This document shows, in pieces, positions 57,154-64,000 of a DNA stretch of 64,000 nucleotides (positions are counted from its first letter, which is position 1; each line of letters opens with the position of its first letter). Made by a program: the position numbers and the translations under genes. The notes under the pieces are model-generated. The model did not search any database. It worked only from the letters and a program-made list of their open reading frames with translations, and had not been told where the DNA came from. Location: positions 68,936-132,935 of IMG/VR virus record IMGVR_UViG_3300025467_000009; one strand, given 5' to 3'. Origin of the DNA: a virus.

Positions 57154-58595
57154 TAAAATCCTTTCCGTTCTTTAGACGCTTTTTCTATGTAACTACGTAG
57201 ATGTGTTGGTTTAGAAACATACTTTTTCCTACGCAACATTTCAATAGCCTCTTCTACTTTGTATGCAGTTGTAATCTTGTGCTTAACTACAAGTCGAGCA
57301 CAAAACATACTAATCTCTGAGTTACGGTTATCTTGTGAATTTGTAACTAAACCGTCACATACCCAAATGATTGGTTCTTTCCTAAGTCTACGCTTAATAG
57401 CATACTCAAGTGCAGGACCATCAACACCATTACCACCATTGTTGTATTGAACATCACTAAGTTTTTCTACTTGCTTACCTCTATCTGCTAGAATAAACAG
57501 ATTGGGCTTCCCAGCAATACGACTGTTGTGACTGTAAGCCATAACAAGTGCACCAGGAGCAGCATCAAGAATACTTTGAATTTGCTCATTAGTTAATGAC
57601 ATTGAACCACTAACGTCAATAAGTACAACACCACCTTGGATTGGCATTTTCTGACCAAAAATCCTACGATGTGGATCTGTAAGCAAACGCTCTGGATAAC
57701 GAATGTCAACACCAAACGCACCACCACGATACTTCCGAAGAAGTGACTTGGGGACAGTTTTGGTTAGTTTGACTGTATTATCAATCTTAAGCGGAGCAAA
57801 ACCGATATTTGTTGACTCATTTACATCTGGGCCTTTGCCTGAACTTTCTTCAATGTCACTTGGTGAAAGCATGTACTTTTCTACAAGGTGACCAACAATA
57901 AAAGTGTGGTGAAAAGCAAATGGCATTTTAATTTCAACAACTTGTTTTGGTAGTAGGTAACTACATGGATCTGTATCAACAAGAGATTTTAAGGATGTCC
58001 TTTCGGTTACATACTTAGTAACTTCATTGCTCATTTCCCTAAGCATTTTGGCCCATTCCTCATTGTTTCGGCGAACGCCTACCAATAAAGAATTGAATGC
58101 CTTAGTGCCTACAAGTGATAAACCATAACACACAAGAATGTTCCAAGCACTGCCTGTACCATCTTCTGCTAAACGCTCACCCAATGATTTTTCTGAACCA
58201 GTCTTGAGCATGTCAGTATTGAAACCAGCAAGTTTTGCAACATAATTGATTCTAAACTCCTCAGCAGCTTTTAACAAACCTGGCAAGAATTCCTTGCAAG
58301 CAAGTTCAAAAGTTTCTGGATTACTTAGACCAACACGAACACGAATGTTCTCTTTGTTACGATAGAACTTGGAGGCTTCGTCTCGTAGTACGGTAGTCCT
58401 AAACGTATGAGTGGAGAAATCTGCAAGTGTACTCTCTGGTTGGAGAATTTCTTCGATTTCCCACTGCACACGCTTAGAACCATCAGTATCAGAGCGAAAT
58501 GTTGTCAATGCCTCTGGAAGAGGAATAACAGCATCTGAACGCCTGAACGAGACTTTTGTATTAGTCTCTTTCTGCTTCATACTACAACTGACCAA
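57153..58595 (-). CDS. VWA (MIDAS) domain protein, partner of MoxR ATPase
   Basis: VLIDVSGSM, GGNGVD, WVCDG. Confidence 0.8.
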   Translation of the reverse strand: MVSCSMKQKETNTKVSFRRSDAVIPLPEALTTFRSDTDGSKRVQWEIEEILQPESTLADFSTHTFRTTVLRDEASKFYRNKENIRVRVGLSNPETFELACKEFLPGLLKAAEEFRINYVAKLAGFNTDMLKTGSEKSLGERLAEDGTGSAWNILVCYGLSLVGTKAFNSLLVGVRRNNEEWAKMLREMSNEVTKYVTERTSLKSLVDTDPCSYLLPKQVVEIKMPFAFHHTFIVGHLVEKYMLSPSDIEESSGKGPDVNESTNIGFAPLKIDNTVKLTKTVPKSLLRKYRGGAFGVDIRYPERLLTDPHRRIFGQKMPIQGGVVLIDVSGSMSLTNEQIQSILDAAPGALVMAYSHNSRIAGKPNLFILADRGKQVEKLSDVQYNNGGNGVDGPALEYAIKRRLRKEPIIWVCDGLVTNSQDNRNSEISMFCARLVVKHKITTAYKVEEAIEMLRRKKYVSKPTHLRSYIEKASKERKGF

Positions 58596-59319
58596 TTAGC
58601 AATGTGTCTTGAATTGACTCTGCAATACCCTTACCAAAAGCAAGTTCTGCTGCCTTAGCAACCTCAAACACTTTTGACAACTGGACATAAGCAAGGAAAC
58701 CACGAAGCGATACACGGCGACCGTTACCACCACTGCACAATTCACGAGCAATACCACGCAAGTTCTCTGGCAATGAAAGTAGTGCGGAAGGGTGAGGCTC
58801 TGTAATCTCAATCTTGACTGGAAAACGGTCAAACAATGCTGGGTCTAACTCTGTCAAGTCAACTAAGTTAGTGGTCATTACTACCTCAAAACCAGGTTGA
58901 GGCGTGATACGCTCACCTGTTGGTAGAATGTGCTTAGCACTTCCATCAGTGTCGGTGTAAGCCAACAACAATGAAAGAACGTCACCACTAGCACGGTTAA
59001 CCTCGTCAATAAGAAGACGGCGACCATAACGCCAAGCACGAGTACCTGGACCATCGTGGTATGTGTAAGTGCCTTGTTCATTTGGCATCCACATACCCTC
59101 AATTGCTGCTACAGTCATTTCTTCGTGACAGACAATGCGGTCAACCTCTACACCTTCTGAAAGGCCAAAGTTGAGTGCTGCATAGGACTTACCAATACCA
59201 GGTTCCCCTGAAAGAATGATACGTCCTACCTCAGAGGCCATAGCCCCTTGAGTGTCTTGCCAGCATTGTGGGACTGGAAGGCCCATGTGGACCTTCTCAA
59301 TTTCTATTGTTTGTGTCAT
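58582..59319 (-). CDS. MoxR/CbbQ/NirQ-type AAA+ ATPase
   Basis: GEPGIGKS, DGP..RA...G..LLIDEVNRA, MTTN, LDPALFDRF, SLRG. Confidence 0.9.
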   Translation of the reverse strand: MTQTIEIEKVHMGLPVPQCWQDTQGAMASEVGRIILSGEPGIGKSYAALNFGLSEGVEVDRIVCHEEMTVAAIEGMWMPNEQGTYTYHDGPGTRAWRYGRRLLIDEVNRASGDVLSLLLAYTDTDGSAKHILPTGERITPQPGFEVVMTTNLVDLTELDPALFDRFPVKIEITEPHPSALLSLPENLRGIARELCSGGNGRRVSLRGFLAYVQLSKVFEVAKAAELAFGKGIAESIQDTLLIGQL

Positions 59320-59338
59320 CTCTGACTCCTTCTAGCCT

Positions 59339-59391
59339 GTCTCATCGGTGCAAGGCGGCCACCCCTTACAGACGCCCGAAGGCGTTTCGAC
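59339..59391 (-). ncRNA. Type II hammerhead ribozyme HHR-3 (U4C core variant)
   Basis: GTC-GAAA-CGCC-TTCG-GGCG-TC|TGTAAGG-loop(TGGCC)-CCTTGCA-CCGATGA-GAC, 3' GGCTA pseudoknot; cleavage 59371/59370. Confidence 0.8.
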
Positions 59392-59393
59392 TA

Positions 59394-59627
59394 TTAGAAT
59401 ATCTTTAATTGCTTATTTGTCTTACGAGCATAAACTCTAGCAATAGCATTTGGAATAGTTGCAATCAACCACCAAAGAGCAACCCAAAGGTAATAACTCT
59501 TATGATACCAAAATGCTTTTCCTATAAAATACCAGAAAACCAAATTGGCTAATCCACTAGCTGTCAATGCTGAGACAATAATCCACTTTAGAAAAGACTC
59601 TAACAAATCTTTTACTGTCCTATTCAT
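59394..59627 (-). CDS. Small membrane protein
   Basis: Two hydrophobic helices; RBS AAGGAG. Confidence 0.55.
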   Translation of the reverse strand: MNRTVKDLLESFLKWIIVSALTASGLANLVFWYFIGKAFWYHKSYYLWVALWWLIATIPNAIARVYARKTNKQLKIF

Positions 59628-59772
59628 TATTCTCCTTATCGTACTGCCTAGATAATTTCCAGACTATAATCAATGAGACACCTAATGCCACTTGAAATAC
59701 AGTCGTAATGAATCTGTCCATTATTTCTCCTTTTTAACAGTGGTCGGACTGACCACTTTGGGTTTAATCATG

Positions 59773-60255
59773 TTACCTACAAATTCTTAAATCTGGTCCC
59801 CATTCAGGGCCCAAACCTTGATTACGTTGGTAATACCATACAGCGACCAAAGACTGCTGGTCACCAGTTGCCTTGTTAGGCGATTCTGGTAAACCAATAA
59901 TGTTTTGTCTTGCATAGTTCCATATACTTGGCATGAATTGATACCAACCTTGAGAATTTGACTCTTGATTAGTATCTACTAAGTGATTGCGAGATTCTTG
60001 ATAACGAATACACGCAAACTGTGACTGAACGTTGACCGGAAGATTCCATGTTGGATCTGCCTTGTCTGGCCAACTAGCAGTTGAGTCAGTTGAACGAGTA
60101 TCCCACTTCATCACTGAAGGAGGAACTGTTATAACTGTCACTTGACTAACTTTTGGAATTGAAATAACTTCCTTGTGGTTAATCTGGTTCGAAGTGCCTG
60201 GCATGACAATTGAACCAAGTGCAAGTACACTGAGATTGACTATTGTCTTTATCAT
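59773..60255 (-). CDS. Secreted lysozyme-like/lytic transglycosylase (Rpf/SceD-like)
   Basis: Signal peptide; FACIRYQES..N..S.S.GWYQF..S.W...P..A...QQ..VA...W. Confidence 0.75.
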   Translation of the reverse strand: MIKTIVNLSVLALGSIVMPGTSNQINHKEVISIPKVSQVTVITVPPSVMKWDTRSTDSTASWPDKADPTWNLPVNVQSQFACIRYQESRNHLVDTNQESNSQGWYQFMPSIWNYARQNIIGLPESPNKATGDQQSLVAVWYYQRNQGLGPEWGPDLRICR

Positions 60256-60269
60256 TGTACTCTCCTTTC

Positions 60270-60375
60270 TGGGTAGTTTTATTACCCAAGTGATAGCATG
60301 AACTGTTAACTACCGGGGGGATAAAGATTAATAGTTCATACTACCACTTGAGTAGTCGAAATTACTCTCGACTAA
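60270..60375 (-). other. Long intergenic stem flanked by two small hairpins (RNase III-type site candidate)
   Basis: 23-bp imperfect stem 60287-60309 / 60328-60350. Confidence 0.55.
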
Positions 60376-60384
60376 CTACAAGGT

Positions 60385-60861
60385 TTAGTACATCTGGTAT
60401 TCTCCAGCAATGTCTGCCAAAGGACCGGTGCGGATGCGCTTTTGACGCAACTTAACACCGTTCTTCATAGCATGTACTCCTAAACGAGCACCAAACTTTG
60501 CAAGAACAAGAGATGTCTTTACTGTCTTGCCCCAACCAAAGAAGTCACGAACTTCTTGGGCGGTAACAATGTGGACTTCACCGTCTAAGAACCTGTCAAA
60601 GTCAAAACCTTTCCAGTTCAATGGCTTTTTAGCAATTGACTTGGATACTTTTTGCTTTAATGGCAACTTAGTTAATGTTGTGCTTACTGTCTCACTAGAT
60701 TTAGATGCACCAAGCATGACAGGCACCAGGTCTGAATTGTTCTCAATGAACGAAACTGTCTGGTCAAGTGTTGCTGGCATGCCAAACATACCAGAAACTC
60801 TTTCCTGAATCTTGGTTATCTCACTCAAAGTGAGTTGGTCGGGGTTAAATGGGCGTACCAT
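60385..60861 (-). CDS. Hypothetical protein
   Basis: Likely start ATG 60861 after AAAGGAAG. Confidence 0.55.
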   Translation of the reverse strand: MVRPFNPDQLTLSEITKIQERVSGMFGMPATLDQTVSFIENNSDLVPVMLGASKSSETVSTTLTKLPLKQKVSKSIAKKPLNWKGFDFDRFLDGEVHIVTAQEVRDFFGWGKTVKTSLVLAKFGARLGVHAMKNGVKLRQKRIRTGPLADIAGEYQMY

Positions 60862-60897
60862 AATAACACTTCCTTTGTTTAAACTGATTAGCAATCT

Positions 60898-60954
60898 GCC
60901 TCATCAGGCAATGAGCGATAAACCTCACTGCTATCCCCCGAAGGGGATTTCGGC
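60898..60954 (-). ncRNA. Type II hammerhead ribozyme HHR-4 (AUA cleavage triplet)
   Basis: GCC-GAAA-TCCCC-TTCG-GGGGA-TA|GCAGTGAG-loop-CTCATTGC-CTGATGA-GGC; cleavage 60932/60931. Confidence 0.9.
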
Positions 60955-61199
60955 TAACTTCTAGTTAACTTTAATATCTCAATCTGTTGTTTCTGAACAT
61001 CAATAAGTTGTTCTTGAACTGCTCTAATTTTGTTTGCACTGGTTAGTAGATCTTCTTGCATCTTCATTACCTCAACAAGCATTGAAACTAATTCTTTTAC
61101 TTTCTCAATGCTTTCCAAAGAATCTTTCCCAACCTCAACCATTGCTAAAAATTGCTCAGTGTCTGAAAAACCAAAATCTTCAAGATTGAACTCTGACAT
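60954..61199 (-). CDS. Coiled-coil hypothetical protein
   Basis: RBS AAGGAG; heptad-like sequence. Confidence 0.55.
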   Translation of the reverse strand: MSEFNLEDFGFSDTEQFLAMVEVGKDSLESIEKVKELVSMLVEVMKMQEDLLTSANKIRAVQEQLIDVQKQQIEILKLTRS

Positions 61200-61208
61200 A
61201 CTTTCTCC

Positions 61209-61409
61209 TTATACTTTTACTTTTCTGTTGCATTGACTGCAAGTTACTACATCTCCAGGGTTTTCAAGCACTAGTGTCTCAAAGTCTTCACCTGAAAGGT
61301 ATTCAAATAAACTTTCGTCCAAATACATTGAACTCATAGCACATTCTTTACAATAAAAACTGCTTGTAAAACCCTGAAGTTTGTCAATAAGTGAATAAAC
61401 TAAAGTCAC
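61209..61409 (-). CDS. Small Zn-finger-like protein
   Basis: YCKEC...TCSQC. Confidence 0.55.
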   Translation of the reverse strand: MTLVYSLIDKLQGFTSSFYCKECAMSSMYLDESLFEYLSGEDFETLVLENPGDVVTCSQCNRKVKV

Positions 61410-61437
61410 TTACCAAACTCCTTCCCTTTTTTGATTT

Positions 61438-61490
61438 GTCTCTTCAGTATGGGACAATCAACTCCCATAGACGCCCGAAGGCGTTTCGAC
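61438..61490 (-). ncRNA. Type II hammerhead ribozyme HHR-5
   Basis: GTC-GAAA-CGCC-TTCG-GGCG-TC|TATGGGA-loop(TTGATT)-TCCCATA-CTGAAGA-GAC, 3' AATCAA 6-bp pseudoknot; cleavage 61470/61469. Confidence 0.92.
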
Positions 61491-61807
61491 TATTTAACTT
61501 CTTGCTTTGCAAGACGAACCAATGAGTCATAAACTTCATTGTAAATTGTCTGTGTTCTTTCAACACCTGAAACACATTGGTCAAATTCTTCACTATCTTC
61601 GTCATACGTCTTGGAAACTTCCAAGAGCATTCCTCCAGCGACCGCACATGCTTGCATGGTGTCAAACCAAAGAATTGACGGCAAAGTAACTTGAATAAGT
61701 GTGTTCTCATCAACATCATTCTCATGCAAAATATCCAGGATTTCTTCTAAAGATCCCCGAACTCCTTTGCCTTCTTGAAAATTGCTTTCAAATGGACTGT
61801 CTTGCAT
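61490..61807 (-). CDS. Hypothetical protein
   Basis: RBS GAGG; ORF. Confidence 0.55.
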   Translation of the reverse strand: MQDSPFESNFQEGKGVRGSLEEILDILHENDVDENTLIQVTLPSILWFDTMQACAVAGGMLLEVSKTYDEDSEEFDQCVSGVERTQTIYNEVYDSLVRLAKQEVK

Positions 61808-61830
61808 TTTACTTCCTCTCTTTTTATTAT

Positions 61831-62100
61831 TTACTTCTCAATTGCTTCTTTTACAAAGTTGCCGAATAGGTTACTCCAACATCCATTACAAATGCCAGAG
61901 ATAAACAATTCTCTCAAACTTTTATCAAGATCTGGGAAAGCATCTTGAACCATAGAACCAGCGTTCCATTGCCCAAAATTATCTGTTGAAACTGAAAAAG
62001 AATGAAGTGTTGAACACTTTGTGCAAACAGCCTTAAGTGTCACTTCTTCTGACTTTTCAGAAACAACCTCAATCCAAGGTGTTCTTTCTAATTGTTTCAT
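61831..62100 (-). CDS. Small Zn-ribbon phage protein
   Basis: CTKC...G.MVQDAFPDL....RELFISGICNGCW..LF. Confidence 0.7.
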   Translation of the reverse strand: MKQLERTPWIEVVSEKSEEVTLKAVCTKCSTLHSFSVSTDNFGQWNAGSMVQDAFPDLDKSLRELFISGICNGCWSNLFGNFVKEAIEK

Positions 62101-62136
62101 TTTTCCTCTCTTACTACTGCAATAATGAATACTGCA

Positions 62137-62181
62137 TGGTTTCCGGGAGAAGAATCGAACTTCTCTACAACCATTCCGGAA
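62137..62181 (-). ncRNA. Anticodon-less mini tRNA-like element 3 with encoded CCA
   Basis: TTCCGG-AATGGTTGTA-GAGAAG-TTCGATT-CTTCTC-CCGGAA-A-CCA. Confidence 0.7.
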
Positions 62182-62190
62182 TACTAAAAC

Positions 62191-62505
62191 TTACAATGTT
62201 TCTGCTGTCACTTCTACAAGAAATGGACTCTTGAGGCACTGATTGTGAACAAGAAGCGGTTCAATATCTTGCATTGAGCCACCCCAATTACAAAACTCAC
62301 CATCCTTTTCTGGAACACAATTAAGAACCATCCAGTCATAACCACCGTGTCCGCTTGCTTCTGCATACCCTGTTGGGTGGCATGGAGGAACCATTGACTC
62401 TGCGTTAATGATTTCCCCACAACCTGCACAAGTAATTGCCGCATCTCCGTAAGATTCTGGACCATCCCATGCTTCTACTTTGTATTGCTCATAAGTCATC
62501 CTCAT
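62191..62505 (-). CDS. Cys-rich hypothetical protein
   Basis: ORF with RBS GGAGG. Confidence 0.5.
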   Translation of the reverse strand: MRMTYEQYKVEAWDGPESYGDAAITCAGCGEIINAESMVPPCHPTGYAEASGHGGYDWMVLNCVPEKDGEFCNWGGSMQDIEPLLVHNQCLKSPFLVEVTAETL

Positions 62506-62719
62506 GACTTACCTCCTTTGTCTGTACTGCTTTTATTTTCTCTAACTTTGTCCATAGAAAGTGATACATACCTTCCGGGAGAACTTCCCCGTTATCTGCT
62601 AATGTCTCTAGAAATTGCATAACAACAACTATGCCTGAACCAATCTGGTCAATTCTGGCAGAAACAATCTCTTCCAATTGACCATCTGACTCGTCATACA
62701 AACTTACTATGTCATCCAT
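62489..62719 (-). CDS. Hypothetical protein
   Basis: ORF in operon. Confidence 0.5.
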   Translation of the reverse strand: MDDIVSLYDESDGQLEEIVSARIDQIGSGIVVVMQFLETLADNGEVLPEGMYHFLWTKLEKIKAVQTKEVSHEDDL

Positions 62720-62722
62720 GGA

Positions 62723-62911
62723 TTATCGCACCTTTGTGTGAATAGCCCATGACTTAGCACAAATGTAGACAACTTCTTTCTCTACCAATGGTTTCAAAAT
62801 AAAGTTACTTACTATAAGTTTGTCTAGTTCTTTTAACTTACTAATCTTTACCACTTTACCTCCTTTGTTTGTACTACCAATCGGTGACTCAAACATTTCT
62901 GCTTGAATCAC
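62723..62911 (-). CDS. Hypothetical protein
   Basis: ORF in operon. Confidence 0.4.
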   Translation of the reverse strand: MIQAEMFESPIGSTNKGGKVVKISKLKELDKLIVSNFILKPLVEKEVVYICAKSWAIHTKVR

Positions 62912-62933
62912 CTCAGATGTTACAAATCTTTAC

Positions 62934-63437
62934 TTAAACTGTCTCTTTAATAATTCCGGATTCTATCAATACTTGAGCACAATCAAAATTGTCCCAACCT
63001 ACTTTGTACGGATCTAAACCGGTTAATGTCTCAAAACTGTGAACTGGATTACCCCAGTCGGTATTTTCATACAATTCAAAAATACCATCATCAGGCCAAC
63101 TGAATACTCTAGTTTCTGGGAACTTGTAACTAAAAAACTCACTTTCTTCTGAAATAAGAAAACGTGACTGTTCTTCTCCATTACCCAAGAACCAAACACT
63201 ATCATTCATTGGATCTGCTGAATAAAACTCACAACAATACTTAAGATAACCATCTCTTGCATCACTCCCTTCGTAATTGTTGTACATTTCTTGGAATCTA
63301 TCTTTCAATAGATCCTTTGCAACTTCGCTAATATCTGGTGAACTTTCAATAATTTCATCACCATCAACAGAAAAGTCACCACGACAACTAGTATAATCAA
63401 CTATACGGTATCTCATCTTACAAATCACCACCATCAA
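62934..63437 (-). CDS. Acidic hypothetical protein
   Basis: ORF in operon; start uncertain. Confidence 0.55.
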   Translation of the reverse strand: MMVVICKMRYRIVDYTSCRGDFSVDGDEIIESSPDISEVAKDLLKDRFQEMYNNYEGSDARDGYLKYCCEFYSADPMNDSVWFLGNGEEQSRFLISEESEFFSYKFPETRVFSWPDDGIFELYENTDWGNPVHSFETLTGLDPYKVGWDNFDCAQVLIESGIIKETV

Positions 63438-63759
63438 TGGTGCCCAACTTGGATTCTACTATTGGAAAACCAACCATGTGTGAAAACATTGAGTTAGCAA
63501 GTTCCATAGCATCTTCTAATGTTTTGGCAAGACCTTCATGCTTTGGACCACCGTACATACCGCAGTCACCAACTTCTGCATGAAACCAACCATCATTAAG
63601 TTGGTCAATTTCTGCATAGTTCATTGAAACATCAACTCCTTCTACTTCTTCTGAAAGTTGCATGTATGAACCCCATGAGTCTTCTAAAATCCACTCACTT
63701 TTGTCACCATCAAATGCTTGATTCTGATACCAATGTGCTTTTAACTTTAACTCTGACAT
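63418..63759 (-). CDS. Hypothetical protein
   Basis: RBS AAGGAG; ORF. Confidence 0.6.
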   Translation of the reverse strand: MSELKLKAHWYQNQAFDGDKSEWILEDSWGSYMQLSEEVEGVDVSMNYAEIDQLNDGWFHAEVGDCGMYGGPKHEGLAKTLEDAMELANSMFSHMVGFPIVESKLGTIDGGDL

Positions 63760-63783
63760 ATTTATCTCCTTTATAGTCAGTTC

Positions 63784-63918
63784 TGGGCAAAATCGCCCAA
63801 TGAATACACATAAAACACATATCTGGACTAGACAACCAAGTAGGTCCGTAGTGATACGTTAGTTCTTAAGGAGAACTCTAATTTTATGTGTACTCATTGC
63901 ACGACTCTAATCAGTGCA
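63784..63918 (-). other. Structured intergenic element: 18-bp stem enclosing hairpins, flanked by two small hairpins
   Basis: CAATGAGTACACATAAAA / TTTTATGTGTATTCATTG on minus strand (63882-63899 / 63798-63815). Confidence 0.55.
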
Positions 63919-64000
63919 ATAAAAAAGGGGCCACGCGTCCATGCTTTTTCGAGCGCGCTAGCCATAGATCTAAGATCTAATTATAAAACTCAACTATGAC

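Noticed and set aside
54569-61490. CRISPR array or REP-like repeats from the recurring AGACGCCCGAAGGCGTTTCGAC
   Set aside because: Copies are kilobases apart and are explained as hammerhead stem III plus core.
1-64000. Apparent avoidance of some GATC- and AGCT-containing contexts
   Set aside because: Only an impression; such sites do occur, and an observed/expected k-mer count is needed, which could not be run.
63920-64000. CpG-rich patch with AGATCTAAGATCTA near the window end as genome terminus
   Set aside because: Truncated by the window edge; no supporting repeat or coverage evidence.

Overview
A 64 kb segment of a large, AT-rich, contractile-tailed (myovirus-type) bacteriophage, most likely of Actinomycetota. 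The host call rests on three WhiB-like genes, Rpf-like transglycosylases and an MSMEG_6728-like glycosylase. The + strand (1-52.3 kb) carries baseplate and tail genes, an SNF2 helicase, three glycosyltransferases, three tRNAs, a nucleotide-modification region, a replisome (DnaC-like loader, DnaB, DnaG, SSB, DnaE, RecA), GroES, nucleases and the terminase large subunit. The - strand (52.3-64 kb) is an early-type region of small genes. There are two highlights. (1) A 7-deazaguanine cluster has folE, queD, queE and a TGT/DpdA-like gene but no queC or queF in the window. It carries instead a LuxE-like acid-activating synthetase, a LuxC-like acyl reductase and a class III PLP aminotransferase, suggesting an undescribed nitrile-free route CDG -> aldehyde -> preQ1 for DNA modification (inference). 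(2) The early transcript is punctuated by five type II hammerhead ribozymes, three ~45-50 nt anticodon-less tRNA mimics and two long stems. Also notable are a tRNA-Ser with an ACU anticodon and a tRNA-like RNA with an expanded anticodon arm. All calls are by-eye motif recognition; no searches were run.
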